Source of the DNA: an uncultured Chloroflexia bacterium
GTDB lineage: Bacteria > Chloroflexota > Limnocylindria > Limnocylindrales > CSP1-4
Assembly (NCBI GenBank): GCA_963828165.1
Contig: CAWHDR010000001.1
Location: 1,568,001-1,632,000 of the forward strand
Direction of reading: 5' to 3'
Length of the DNA stretch: 64,000 nt
In this document: in pieces, positions 52,248 through 62,826 of the stretch
Numbering within the stretch: the first letter of the stretch is position 1
Layout of the letters: each line of letters starts with the position of its first letter
The notes under the pieces: generated by a model
Told to the model about the DNA's origin: nothing
What the model saw: the letters and a program-made list of their open reading frames with translations, nothing else
Database searches by the model: none
Translations under genes and position numbers: made by a program

Positions 52248-53342
52248 ATGCGGCTGGCGAACGTGGTCGGCACACGGCCGCAGCTCATCAAGGCCGCGGC
52301 CCTCCAGTCGGCGCTGCGCGAGCGGAACGACGAGGTCTTCATCGATACCGGGCAGCACTGGGACGAGGCGATGGCGGGCAGCTTCTTTCGCGAGCTCGGG
52401 CTGCGGCCGCCCGACGTGACGCTGGGCCTCGGCGGTGGGACCGGGGCCGAGCAGACCGGCCGGATGCTGGTCGCGCTGGAGGGGACGCTGCGAGACGTTG
52501 CGCCCGATGCGGTCGTGGTCTACGGCGATACGAACTCGACGCTGTCCGCGACGCTCGTGGCGGCCAAGATGGACGTGCCAGTCGCGCATGTGGAAGCCGG
52601 ACTGCGCTCGTTCGATCGCCGGATGCCGGAGGAGGTGAACCGCATCGTCACGGATCACCTGGCGCGCTGGTGCTTCGCCCCGACCAATGCCGCCGTCGAG
52701 AACCTCGCCGCCGAGGGTCTGACCGACGGCGTCCATCTCGTCGGCGACGTCATGCGGGACCTGGCCGCGCGGACCCTGGCGGAGGTGCGCCAGCCGTCAG
52801 CGCTCGCGGGTCTGGCCGGCGGTGGGCTGCGCACTGGCGAGTTCCTCTTCGCGACCGTCCATCGAGCCGAGAACCGCTCGCCGGACGCGATCCGCGGCTG
52901 GGTCGGGCTGCTGGAGGCATTGGCCCGTGCCGATCGACCGGTCGTACTCGCCCTGCATCCGGGGACGCGGGCCGCGATCGACGCGCTCGGCCTCGAGTCG
53001 AGCCCGAACGTCATCGTTGTCGAACCGCTTGGCTACCGCAGCTCGCTGGCCGCTCAGCTGCACGCGGCGGCCGTCGTGACCGACTCGGGTGGGGTGCAGC
53101 GCGAGGCCGCCTGGCTCGGAACGCCCTGCCTCGTGCTTCGCAGCTCGACGGAATGGCTCGAGACGACCCAGGGTGACGAGGCCACCTCGGTCCTGGTCGG
53201 CACCGACGCGATGCTGGCGCGCGAAGCGCTCGATCGACTGGCGCCGCCCGACCAGGCTCCGGCCGACGCCGCGCGACGGGCGCGGGATCAGACCATCGAG
53301 ACGGACGGCGCGACGGGTTCGATCGCGAGGCTCATCGCGTGA
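52248..53342 (+). CDS. UDP-N-acetylhexosamine 2-epimerase, non-hydrolysing (WecB/WbpI-like), copy 2
   Basis: GTRPQLIK, TGQHWD, GDTNST, HVEAGLRS, HRAEN, TDSGGVQRE. Confidence 0.9.
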   Translation: MRLANVVGTRPQLIKAAALQSALRERNDEVFIDTGQHWDEAMAGSFFRELGLRPPDVTLGLGGGTGAEQTGRMLVALEGTLRDVAPDAVVVYGDTNSTLSATLVAAKMDVPVAHVEAGLRSFDRRMPEEVNRIVTDHLARWCFAPTNAAVENLAAEGLTDGVHLVGDVMRDLAARTLAEVRQPSALAGLAGGGLRTGEFLFATVHRAENRSPDAIRGWVGLLEALARADRPVVLALHPGTRAAIDALGLESSPNVIVVEPLGYRSSLAAQLHAAAVVTDSGGVQREAAWLGTPCLVLRSSTEWLETTQGDEATSVLVGTDAMLAREALDRLAPPDQAPADAARRARDQTIETDGATGSIARLIA

Positions 53343-54799
53343 GCGACCGAGCCGGGACGGAGGGCGTGGCGCCCGGCTTCGGATCGCCCGAGCCGATCGT
53401 CCCGCAGCACCTCGTGCTCGTGCTGCCCACGACCGGCGAGTTCGACTCGCGGACATACCGGATCGCGACGACCTGCCTCGCCCGTGGTCACACCGTGACC
53501 GTGCTGTCACGGCACAAGGGCGACCTGCCCTGGCGTGAGGACCATCCCGCGGGATTCACGATCATCCGCGTCCTCGCCACGGCCGAGGATGGGATGCCGC
53601 TGCGCCGTCTGGTGCGGGCCGGCCGCGTGCTCGTCCGGCGGCTGGAATCCATCGTCACCCGCCGCCCGTATGTCCCGCCCAGCGTCCCGCGGGCCGTGGC
53701 GGCGGCGCCACCACCACCGCCGGGCACCGGCGTGGACGGTGCGCCGGCCGCGACGAAGGGCGTCATGGACTCCCCGGCCGAGACAAAGAGCCGCGTCCCG
53801 TTGCACGTTCGAGGCTGGATGGGCATCTACCGTCGGCTCGCCATCCCGCTGCAGATCCGCTCGCATCGCAAGAACGCCCGGAAGGTGGCGCCCCGCGGCG
53901 ACCTCGTCCACGGGATGGCGTTCATGGGCATCCCGGTCGCCCTGACCGTGGCCAAGCGCGACGGCATTCCGGTCGTCTACGACGCCCGGGACATCCACCT
54001 CGACGCTCGGAACATGGCGCGCATGGGACGGCCCGCGCGCTGGTTCCTTGGCCGGGCCGAACGCGGCTGGGCCGGGGCCTCGAGCAAGGTCATCACCGTC
54101 AACGACTCATACGCCGACGTGCTCGCGTCCCGCTGGCCGGGCGGGCGCCCACTGGTCGTCATGAACTGCTCCTACCGGTTCACGCCGCCGGTGCCGCGCG
54201 AGCGACGTTTCCACGCGGCCCTCGGGCTCCCGGAGAGCCAGCGGGTGGTCCTGTACCACGGCGGCCTGTTCCCCTGGCGTGGCATCGAGCAGCTGATCGA
54301 GGCCATCCGTGACATCCCCGACGCCACGCTCGTGCTGATGGGGTATGGCGTCCTCGAGCCGACGCTCCGCGCGTGGGAGGCGGACCCGGCACTCGGCGGG
54401 AGAGTCCGGGTGATGGGCCCCGTGCCGCCCGCCGAGCTGCACGACTGGGTGGCCAGCGCCGACGTCGTCGGGATGCCCATCCAGGGCGACACGCTCAACC
54501 ATCGGCTCACGACCCCGAACAAGCTGTTCGAGGCGATGGCCGCGGGCGTTCCGGCCGTCGTGTCCGACCTGCCCGGGATGAGCGCGGTGGTCAAGGATGC
54601 GGGCTCCGGGGTGCTCGTCGACCCGACGGACACGGTCGCGATCGCGGCGGCTATCCGCCAGATCCTCGACCTGCCAGAGGCCGAATGGCTGGCCTGGAGC
54701 CAGCGCTGCGTCGCGGCGGCGCACGACCGCTACAACTGGGAGACCCAGGTCGAGCGGCTCCTCGACGCCTACACCGAGCTGACCGGGAAGCGCTGGTGA
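53339..54799 (+). CDS. Glycosyltransferase family 4
   Basis: DSR, VVYDARD, YHGGL..RGIE, PNKLFEAMAAG. Confidence 0.9.
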   Translation: MSDRAGTEGVAPGFGSPEPIVPQHLVLVLPTTGEFDSRTYRIATTCLARGHTVTVLSRHKGDLPWREDHPAGFTIIRVLATAEDGMPLRRLVRAGRVLVRRLESIVTRRPYVPPSVPRAVAAAPPPPPGTGVDGAPAATKGVMDSPAETKSRVPLHVRGWMGIYRRLAIPLQIRSHRKNARKVAPRGDLVHGMAFMGIPVALTVAKRDGIPVVYDARDIHLDARNMARMGRPARWFLGRAERGWAGASSKVITVNDSYADVLASRWPGGRPLVVMNCSYRFTPPVPRERRFHAALGLPESQRVVLYHGGLFPWRGIEQLIEAIRDIPDATLVLMGYGVLEPTLRAWEADPALGGRVRVMGPVPPAELHDWVASADVVGMPIQGDTLNHRLTTPNKLFEAMAAGVPAVVSDLPGMSAVVKDAGSGVLVDPTDTVAIAAAIRQILDLPEAEWLAWSQRCVAAAHDRYNWETQVERLLDAYTELTGKRW

Positions 54800-56119
54800 T
54801 CGACGGCACGACCACCGAGCGCGCCGGGCCCGCCCGCCGGCCTCGTGCTGTCGTGCTGGTCGGCAACACCGCGAGCCCGTACTCGCGGGCCATCCGCCTG
54901 GGGCGCGCCCTGGTCGACGAGGGGTACGCGGTCGAGATCGCGTCGGCTCACGAGCCCGGTCTTGCGCTCGAGGAACGCGAGGGCGACATCGTGCTGCGGC
55001 GCTATCCGGCGAGCGGTGTCTTCGGTCGCTTGACGGCCGTCGATCGAGCGGGGCCAGGTGCCGCCGGGACCGTCGGGCGCCGCCCGCTGCCGTCGCGACT
55101 CCTGCGGGCGCTTCGCTCGGGACCGGCCGAATGGATCCTCTGGCCCCATACGGTCCGTGGCTGGTGGCACACCCTGGCCACGGAACTCGCGCCAGCGGAC
55201 CTCTATCATTCGTGCGGGACGTTGCCCATCGCAGCCGCACTCGCGGCCCGGCGGCGCGATCGCAAGGCCGGGCGCGATCCGAAGGTCATCTTCGACGTGA
55301 TCGATATCACCACCGAGTCGAACAACGTCCTGCGCATCCCGGGCCTCGTCCGTCGGCTGCTCGCCCGGCGCGAGCGGGGCTGGGCCCGGGCGGCCGATGC
55401 CCACACCGCGGTCAACGACGCGTTCGCCGACTGGGCGGTCCGCCACTGGCGGCTCGAGCGACGACCGACGGTCGTGCCCAACTACCCCGAGCCATGGACG
55501 CCCACCGGCCGGGCCGCGCCCGGACCGCATCCGCGCCGCGACCGGCCTCCCCGCGACGACCCGGATCTGCCTGTTCTGGGGACGCCTGGGGCCCTACGTC
55601 GGGCTCGACCAGGCGGCCGAGGCGGTGCTCCTGGTGCCCGACACGGCGCTCGTGCTGCTGGGCTTCGGGCGGGGCTGGGCGGCGAGCGTGGCGCGCGACG
55701 CCGAGCCGCGCTTCGCCGGGCGCCACTTCACCCTGCCCGCCGTGCACCCCGACGAGCTGCCGGCCTGGGTCGCCTCGGCCGATGTCGCGATGAACAGCCT
55801 GCCGCCCCTGTCGTACAGCAGCCGCTACACCTTCCTCAACAAGTTCTTCGAGGCCATGACCGGCGGCCTGCCGATGGTCCTTGGGCCCGACCTGCCGACG
55901 ATGGAGGCGGTCCTGCGCCAGGAGGACCTGGGGCGCGTGGCGGCGTCGATGGAGCCGGCCGCCATCGCGGCCGCCATCCGCGCCATCCTCGATCTCGACC
56001 CGGCCGAGCGCGACGCCTGGCGGGCGCGCATCGCGGCCACCGCCCGCCAGCACTACAGCTGGCCCATCGCCGCGGCCGCCTATCGCGAGCTCGTCCGCGG
56101 GCTGGGGGCGCCGGCATGA
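54796..56119 (+). CDS. Glycosyltransferase (GT4-like), paralog A (+1 frameshift near 55500)
   Basis: PYSRAIR...VVPNYP...NKFFEAM; frame restored by comparison with paralog C. Confidence 0.85.
55349..56110 (+). repeat. ~760-bp direct repeat, copy 1
   Basis: Near-identical to 58012-58772. Confidence 0.93.
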
Positions 56120-57498
56120 CCGGACCCGCGCCGGGCCCACGTCCCGATCCGGCCCTGGCACCGAAGCCGGTTCCGGCGCCCGATCCTGCCCGCCCCACAC
56201 CGCCCGCGAAGCGTCGGCGCGCCGTGATCCTGGTGGGCAACCCCGCCAATCCCTACTCGCGCGCCATCCGTATCGGGCGGACGCTGTCCGAGCAGGGTTT
56301 CGACGTCGAGATCGCCGCGACGTTCGAGGAGGACGCCCCGCTGGAAGAGCACCACGGCGACATCGTCCTGCGGCGCTACCCGCCCACCGGGCGGTTCGCG
56401 AGCGTCGCCGCGACGTATGGGAAGGTGCCGCCACGACGGCTGTCGCTCTTCGCCCGGATCCTCCGTGCCCCGAAGATGCGCTTCGTCGCGTGGTTCTACT
56501 GGCCGCACATCGTCCGTGGCTGGTGGCACACGCTGTCCACGGAGCTCGAACCCGCCGACCTGTACCACTCCTGTGGCACGTTGCCGATCGCCGCTGCGCT
56601 CGCCGCCCGGGAGCGCGATCGACGGGCGGGCCGTGACTCCAAGGTCATCCTCGATGTCATCGATATCACGATGGAGTCCAACAACGTCCTCCGGATCCCG
56701 ACGCTCATCCGACGGATGCTCGGTCGACGGGAGCGGGGATGGGCGCGGCGCGCGGACGCCCACACGGCAGTGAACGAGGTGTTCGCCAGGAAGGCCGCGG
56801 CGCGCTGGCGTCTCGCCCGTCAGCCAACGGTCGTCCCGAACTACCCCGAGCCGTGGGACCCGGCCCCCGGCACACCACCGGCCGATCGCATCCGCGCGGT
56901 CACCGGGCTGCCGCCAAGCACCAGGATCTGTCTGTTCTGGGGTCGTCTCGGGCCGTACGTCGGGCTGGACCAGGCCGCGGAGGCCGTGCTGCAAGTCCCG
57001 GACACGGCCCTCGTGGTCATCGGGTTCGGCCGCGGCTGGGACCGCAGCGTCGCCCGCGACGCGGACCCGAAGTACGCCGGTCGCCACTTCACGCTGCCGG
57101 TGGTCCATCCCGACGAGCTCGCCTCGTGGGTCGCGTCGGCGGACGTCGCCTTGTGCACGCTGCCGCCGCTGTCCTACAACCAGCGGTTCACGACGCCGAA
57201 CAAGTTCCTCGAGGCGATGGCCGGCGGGACGCCGATCGTGCTGGGGCCCAGGCTCCCCACGATGGAGAAGCTGCTCCGCCGCGAGGATCTCGGCCGGGTG
57301 GCCGCGTCGATGGAACCCGCCGACATCGCAGCCGCCATCCGCCAGATCCTCGACCTTCCCGCGGCGGAGCGGGCAGCGTGGCGGGAACGCATCGCGGCCA
57401 CGGCCCGAGCGAACTACAGCTGGCCGCTCGCCGCGAACGCGTACACGGGCCTCGTGGCGTCGCTGGGGCTGATCGACCCACCTCCGGCGACCACATGA
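56116..57498 (+). CDS. Glycosyltransferase (GT4-like), paralog B
   Basis: Same motifs; TPNKFLEAMAGG. Confidence 0.88.
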   Translation: MTGPAPGPRPDPALAPKPVPAPDPARPTPPAKRRRAVILVGNPANPYSRAIRIGRTLSEQGFDVEIAATFEEDAPLEEHHGDIVLRRYPPTGRFASVAATYGKVPPRRLSLFARILRAPKMRFVAWFYWPHIVRGWWHTLSTELEPADLYHSCGTLPIAAALAARERDRRAGRDSKVILDVIDITMESNNVLRIPTLIRRMLGRRERGWARRADAHTAVNEVFARKAAARWRLARQPTVVPNYPEPWDPAPGTPPADRIRAVTGLPPSTRICLFWGRLGPYVGLDQAAEAVLQVPDTALVVIGFGRGWDRSVARDADPKYAGRHFTLPVVHPDELASWVASADVALCTLPPLSYNQRFTTPNKFLEAMAGGTPIVLGPRLPTMEKLLRREDLGRVAASMEPADIAAAIRQILDLPAAERAAWRERIAATARANYSWPLAANAYTGLVASLGLIDPPPATT

Positions 57499-58799
57499 CC
57501 CGGCGTCGGGCGGTCATCCTCGTCGGGAACCCCGCGAGACCGTACTCGCGGGCCATCCGCCTGGGGCGCGCCCTGCTCGACGAGGGCTACGAGGTCGAGA
57601 TCGCGGCCACGCACGAGGAGGGCGCTCCGCTCGAGGAACGTGACGGGGACATCGTGCTGCGGCGGTATCCGGCGATTGGCCCCTTCGCTGGCCTCGCGGC
57701 GTCGCACGGCAAGCGGGTGCCGGCCGCCGCACCGGCTCGCCGGCCACCGATGCCCGTCCGCGTCTTTCGGGCGCAGAAAGCCAGGCTGACCGAGTGGATC
57801 CTTTGGCCACAGACCGTGCGCGGCTACTGGGCGACGCTGGCCCGGGACCTCAAGCCCGCCGACCTGTATCACGCCTGCGGGACCCTCCCGATCGCCGCGG
57901 CCCTGTCCGCGCGAGCGCGCGACCGCAAGGCTGGCCGGACGTCAACGGTGATCTTCGACGTCATCGACATCACGCTCCGATCGAATAATTCGATGCGGTT
58001 GCCATCGACGATCCGTCGGCTGCTCGCCCGGCGCGAGCGGGGCTGGGCCCGGGCGGCCGATGCCCACACCGCGGTCAACGACGCGTTCGCCGACTGGGCG
58101 GTCCGCCACTGGCGGCTCGAGCGACGACCGACGGTCGTGCCCAACTACCCCGAGCCATGGAGCCCACCGGCCGGGCCGCGCCCGGACCGCATCCGCGCCG
58201 CGACCGGCCTCCCCGCGACGACCCGGATCTGCCTGTTCTGGGGACGCCTGGGGCCCTACGTCGGGCTCGACCAGGCGGCCGAGGCGGTGCTCCTGGTGCC
58301 CGACACGGCGCTCGTGCTGCTGGGCTTCGGGCGGGGCTGGGCGGCGAGCGTGGCGCGCGACGCCGAGCCGCGCTTCGCCGGGCGCCACTTCACCCTGCCC
58401 GCCGTGCACCCCGACGAGCTGCCGGCCTGGGTCGCCTCGGCCGATGTCGCCATGAACAGCCTGCCGCCCCTGTCGTACAGCAGCCGCTACACCTTCCTCA
58501 ACAAGTTCTTCGAGGCCATGACCGGCGGCCTGCCGATGGTCCTTGGGCCCGACCTGCCGACGATGGAGGCGGTCCTGCGCCAGGAGGACCTGGGGCGCGT
58601 GGCGGCGTCGATGGAGCCGGCCGCCATCGCGGCCGCCATCCGCGCCATCCTCGATCTCGACCCGGCCGAGCGCGACGCCTGGCGGGCGCGCATCGCGGCC
58701 ACCGCCCGCCAGCACTACAGCTGGCCCATCGCCGCGGCCGCCTATCGCGAGCTTGTCCGCGGGCTGGGGGCGGGGTCAGCTGGTGGCGACCGCTCCTGA
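57495..58799 (+). CDS. Glycosyltransferase (GT4-like), paralog C
   Basis: Same motifs; C-terminal half nearly identical to paralog A. Confidence 0.88.
   Translation: MTRRRAVILVGNPARPYSRAIRLGRALLDEGYEVEIAATHEEGAPLEERDGDIVLRRYPAIGPFAGLAASHGKRVPAAAPARRPPMPVRVFRAQKARLTEWILWPQTVRGYWATLARDLKPADLYHACGTLPIAAALSARARDRKAGRTSTVIFDVIDITLRSNNSMRLPSTIRRLLARRERGWARAADAHTAVNDAFADWAVRHWRLERRPTVVPNYPEPWSPPAGPRPDRIRAATGLPATTRICLFWGRLGPYVGLDQAAEAVLLVPDTALVLLGFGRGWAASVARDAEPRFAGRHFTLPAVHPDELPAWVASADVAMNSLPPLSYSSRYTFLNKFFEAMTGGLPMVLGPDLPTMEAVLRQEDLGRVAASMEPAAIAAAIRAILDLDPAERDAWRARIAATARQHYSWPIAAAAYRELVRGLGAGSAGGDRS
58012..58772 (+). repeat. ~760-bp direct repeat, copy 2
   Basis: Differs from copy 1 by about one indel and two substitutions on manual comparison. 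Confidence 0.93.
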
Positions 58800-59372
58800 C
58801 GCGACCCCGATGAGGTCGAGCAATGCCTGGTCGGAGCGCCTGACCTCCACGAGCGTCAGCGGGTGGAGGATGGCCCGGATCATCGGCTCCGAAAGCGGTG
58901 GCTGGTGGGCGGTCAGCGCGGCCAGCACGAGCCGGCGCGGGATGCCGGGCTCGGCGGCCAGATCCTGATCGAAGGCCTCGAGGCGTCCAGCGAGCGCCTC
59001 GGGATGCCGGTCCGCGCCCAGCACGACGTCGACCTTCTCGTCCGGCCACAGGCCAAGCTCGTATCGGGCCGCCAGCCAGGCGCCATCGCCTCGGGGCGCA
59101 CCGACATTTCCGAGGTCGGTCGCGGCGCGAACCACACGGGCGCCAACCGCCCGGGCGACGCCCAGCGCAGCGGCCTCGGCTTCGGGACCGTTCACGCGGA
59201 CCAGCGCGATGCCATGATCCCAGGCCGCGGTCGCATCGAACCTGGTCGTGCCGCGAGCGACCCATACGGCCGGCGCGGCAACACGGGCCGCCTCCAGGGT
59301 GCGCAAGGCGGCGGTCGTGGCCAGCGCCGCACTCGCGCCATCGGTGGCGATGCCGCGCCGGACGAGGTTCAC
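58776..59372 (-). CDS. Hypothetical protein
   Basis: GTGA-coupled to the upstream GT; MNLVRRGIATDG...RYELGLWP. Confidence 0.55.
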   Translation of the reverse strand: MNLVRRGIATDGASAALATTAALRTLEAARVAAPAVWVARGTTRFDATAAWDHGIALVRVNGPEAEAAALGVARAVGARVVRAATDLGNVGAPRGDGAWLAARYELGLWPDEKVDVVLGADRHPEALAGRLEAFDQDLAAEPGIPRRLVLAALTAHQPPLSEPMIRAILHPLTLVEVRRSDQALLDLIGVASGAVATS

Positions 59373-61003
59373 GAGGGGTCCTCGGGCTGCCGTCGGTCTC
59401 GTCGCCCAGCCAGCACGGACTCGTAGATCTCGGTCCAGCGCGGGCCGTTGGACGCCCAGGTCCGCTCGCGCGTGACCCATTCGCGTCCGTTCTCGCCCAG
59501 CCGGGCGGCAAGATCCGGGTGGTCCATCAACCGGACCACGGCCGCCGCCAGCGCCATCGCGTCCTCGGGCCGATAGGCAAGGGAGCGCTCGCCATCGGGG
59601 GCGACCTCGGTGAGCGCCGGCAGGTCCGCGACGATCATGGGTCGGCCCATGGCCATGGCCTCGAACGGCTTGAGCGGCGTGACCAGCCGCGCGGCGCGCT
59701 CGTCCCGACGCGGGACGACGAAGGCATCGAGCAGCGCGTACATCGCCGGGACCTCGTCGTGCGGTACGGCGCCGGTGAAGACGATCCGGTCCGCGGCGCC
59801 AGAGGCCGCGGCGACAGCCTCCACCTCGGCCCGGCGCTTGCCCTCCCCGACGATCAGGCACGCGACATCCCGCCCGGCCTTGGCCAGGATCGCCGTCGCC
59901 TCGATGAGGGTCTCCTGGCCCTCGCGCACGTGGTCGAGATTGCTCACGTACCCGATGACGAACCGCCCGCCCAGGCCATACCGTGCGCGCAGTTCTGGAT
60001 CTGGCGAGCGCGGCTGGAACGCCTCGGGATCCACGCCGTTGGGCACGATGTGGACACGGTCGGCCGGAACGCCACGGGCCACCATGTCCGACTTCATCGT
60101 GGCGGCCAGCGTCACGATGGCGTCCGCCGCGAGCATCGTGCGCACCTCGGTCGCGTCGCGGCGCCGATAGCGCTCGCGCGTCGAGGTGGCGTCGGACACG
60201 GATCCCGACGCCGACCCGGCCGGAGCCGGGCCATCGAACAACGAGCGAACCTCGTAGACGACCGGCAGGTCCAGGTGCTCACCGAGGGCCAGCCCGACGA
60301 GGGCGGTCTCGTAGCCGCGTCCCCCCGACGAGGCGTGCACGATCGCGGGCCGCTCCTCCCGGGCGACCGCGGCGGCGCGCCAGGCGTAATCCTCCAGGTA
60401 CAGGTCGGCCGGGCCATCGGACGGATAGCCGGCGCCCAGATCCAGCCGATGGTGGCGGATGCCGTCGACCTCGTCGACGGGCGCGACCGAGGTGCCGCCC
60501 GAGCGCGGGAAGCCGAGGGCCGTGACGACGACCGGGTCCCAGCCAGCGGCTCGCTGGGCGAGCAGGTTGTCGTGGCTGCGCATCGTGAAGCCGTTCTGGC
60601 GCTGCGGCCGCGACTCCTTGAGCAGGTGCAGGATGACGCGATCGGATCGAGGCTTGGTCGGCTGGCGGTCGCCACGGACGCGGGGTCGCCAGCGCGCGTC
60701 GGTCTCGGCCAGGTCGCCGTGCAAACGACGCTCCGTCTCGGCCAGGGCGTCGCCCCCGCCCGTTCGGCGCAACGCGGCGATGGTCGCGGCGACGTTGCTC
60801 ATGTCCCCGCGCGCGGAGAATGCACGGCGCCGGATGCCCAGCACGGCGCGGTCGCCGGGATGCTCGCGGATCATCGACTCGGTCAGCTCGAGTGCGAGAT
60901 CGGCGTTGCCGGCGGCGAGTGCTCCCTCGGCCTCGCGCACCCCCGAGCGCAGGCTCGCAAGCCGGCGGCCGACGGCTGCTGAGAGGCGGTTTACGGTCGG
61001 CAT
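59369..61003 (-). CDS. Glycosyltransferase family 4 with helical (TPR-like) N-terminus
   Basis: GFTMRSH, VVYEVR, VPNGVD, REGQE, VTPLKPFEAMA. Confidence 0.9.
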   Translation of the reverse strand: MPTVNRLSAAVGRRLASLRSGVREAEGALAAGNADLALELTESMIREHPGDRAVLGIRRRAFSARGDMSNVAATIAALRRTGGGDALAETERRLHGDLAETDARWRPRVRGDRQPTKPRSDRVILHLLKESRPQRQNGFTMRSHDNLLAQRAAGWDPVVVTALGFPRSGGTSVAPVDEVDGIRHHRLDLGAGYPSDGPADLYLEDYAWRAAAVAREERPAIVHASSGGRGYETALVGLALGEHLDLPVVYEVRSLFDGPAPAGSASGSVSDATSTRERYRRRDATEVRTMLAADAIVTLAATMKSDMVARGVPADRVHIVPNGVDPEAFQPRSPDPELRARYGLGGRFVIGYVSNLDHVREGQETLIEATAILAKAGRDVACLIVGEGKRRAEVEAVAAASGAADRIVFTGAVPHDEVPAMYALLDAFVVPRRDERAARLVTPLKPFEAMAMGRPMIVADLPALTEVAPDGERSLAYRPEDAMALAAAVVRLMDHPDLAARLGENGREWVTRERTWASNGPRWTEIYESVLAGRRDRRQPEDPS

Positions 61004-61025
61004 CGTCGCCCGCCTGGCGGGGCGA

Positions 61026-61838
61026 TCAGATCGCCGCCGAGCCGAGCTGCGCGGCCCGCTCCGCCTTGCGCGCCTTGGAGCGCTCGATGTGCGTCCGCAC
61101 GACCTCCGACGGATCGCCTTCGATGATCACGCGGCCCTTCTCGAGCAGCATCGCGCGGTTGCAGTACTCCTCGACCCAGGCCATGTCGTGGGTGACGAGC
61201 ACGATGCCCTTGGCCGCCTTCACGAGCTCGATCACCCGGGTCCGTGACTTCTCGCGAAATTCGGCGTCGCCGGTCGCGAGCACCTCGTCGAGCAGGAGGA
61301 TGTCCGGATCCACCGAGGTCGCGATGGCGAATCCCAGCCGCGCGCGCATGCCGGACGAGTAGGTCTTGATGGGGGCATCGATGAACTGGCCGAGGTCCGC
61401 GTAGTCGACGATGGACGGCAGGAGATCGCGGACGAGCCGGTCGTCGATGCCCATGAACGCGCCCGCCAGCAGGATGTTGTCCCGTCCGCTGAGGTCCTGG
61501 TCGAACCCCGCGCCGAGGGTCAGCAGGCTCGAGACGTGGCCGTTGACCTCGACGCTGCCCTCCGACGGCAGGATGATCCCGGCGAGGACCTGGAGCAGCG
61601 TGGACTTGCCGGCGCCGTTGGGCCCGATGACGGCGAGCGACTCGCCATGCACCAGACCGAAGGAAACGTTGCGAAGCGCCCAGAACGGCTCGTCTGAATC
61701 ACGCGAGAGCATCTGTCCGAGGGAGTTGCGGAACGTCGTCTTCTTCGTGAAGCGCAGCGAGTAGCGGACGCCGATGTCCATGGCATCGATGGCGTGCGGG
61801 CTGCTGGCGGAGATCGGGGGCGGGGATGCGATGGCCAT
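61026..61838 (-). CDS. wzt: Polysaccharide ABC exporter, ATP-binding subunit (Wzt/TagH-like)
   Basis: FWALRNVSF, GPNGAGKST, YSSGMRARLGF, LLDEVLATGDAEF. Confidence 0.93.
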   Translation of the reverse strand: MAIASPPPISASSPHAIDAMDIGVRYSLRFTKKTTFRNSLGQMLSRDSDEPFWALRNVSFGLVHGESLAVIGPNGAGKSTLLQVLAGIILPSEGSVEVNGHVSSLLTLGAGFDQDLSGRDNILLAGAFMGIDDRLVRDLLPSIVDYADLGQFIDAPIKTYSSGMRARLGFAIATSVDPDILLLDEVLATGDAEFREKSRTRVIELVKAAKGIVLVTHDMAWVEEYCNRAMLLEKGRVIIEGDPSEVVRTHIERSKARKAERAAQLGSAAI

Positions 61839-61840
61839 GG

Positions 61841-62725
61841 CTACAGGACTTTCGCGTAGGTCGGCTCGAGCCGCTTGAAGACGATGGCCCCGATCGCCAG
61901 CAGGACGATGCTCGCGCCCAACAGGCCGATGAGCGGCAGCCAGTCGGGGGCATGCGGCGATCCCACAGGCTCGCCGTAGATCACCGCGCGATACGACTCG
62001 AACAGGACCGCGAAGGGATTCGCGTGGGCGAGGGTGCGCAGCAACGGATTGTTCTGGAAGGTGGCGCTCGCATCGACGACGGCCATGCTGTACAGGGCGG
62101 GAGACAGGTAGAACCAGAGGCGCAGGACGTGCCGCAGGATGTTGCCCAGGTCGCGGAAGAACACGTTGATCGCCGAGACCAGGAACGACATGCCGAGCGT
62201 GAACACGTACTGCACGAACGCGATCACCGGGATCAGGATCAGGAATGGCGAGATCCGATCCTGGTACAGCAACATGATGGCACCGAGCGGCAGCAACCCG
62301 AACGCGAAGCCCACGACCCCGGCCGTCGTGGCCGCGACCGGCAGGACGAGCTTGGGAAACTGGATCTGCTTGATCAGCTTCTCCTGGCTGACCACGGAGC
62401 TCGCAGCGTCGCCGATGCTGGTGGTGAACCACTTCCAGGGCAGGATCGCCGACAGGATGAACAGCGGATAGTCGTCGATCTTGACGTCGAGGATCAGCGA
62501 CACGAAGACGACGTAGACACCCATCTGGAGCAGCGGATCCAGGACCCACCAGAAGTTGCCGAGGAACGTGTCCGCGCCCTTCTTCTTGATATCGGCCTGG
62601 ACGAGGTAGCGGACCAGGCGTCGTCGAGAGCGGATGTCTTCGATGGCTTCGCCGATGAGCCGCAGGGGACCCGGCCGGGCCGCTGCGTGACGGAACGCGG
62701 CGGGGGCCTCACTCGTGGCGGACAT
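61841..62725 (-). CDS. wzm: Polysaccharide ABC exporter, permease (Wzm/TagG-like)
   Basis: LGNFWWVLDPL, LPWKWF, FFRDL, WFYLSP, NPF. Confidence 0.92.
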   Translation of the reverse strand: MSATSEAPAAFRHAAARPGPLRLIGEAIEDIRSRRRLVRYLVQADIKKKGADTFLGNFWWVLDPLLQMGVYVVFVSLILDVKIDDYPLFILSAILPWKWFTTSIGDAASSVVSQEKLIKQIQFPKLVLPVAATTAGVVGFAFGLLPLGAIMLLYQDRISPFLILIPVIAFVQYVFTLGMSFLVSAINVFFRDLGNILRHVLRLWFYLSPALYSMAVVDASATFQNNPLLRTLAHANPFAVLFESYRAVIYGEPVGSPHAPDWLPLIGLLGASIVLLAIGAIVFKRLEPTYAKVL

Positions 62726-62826
62726 CGCCGCGAAGGGTAGCACCTCACCCGCTCGGGCCCTCCCGGCCCGCGGGCGCTGCCACGGTCCGCCCGGTATCCT
62801 CTGGCGCGACCATCTGAGGAGGGATC

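Noticed and set aside
49823-52342. 839-aa glycosyltransferase
   Set aside because: The N-terminal half is antisense to wecB; the real start is ATG 51097.
54373-57498. 1041-aa fused glycosyltransferase
   Set aside because: Artefact of the frameshift in paralog A reading into paralog B, which has its own ATGA-coupled start.
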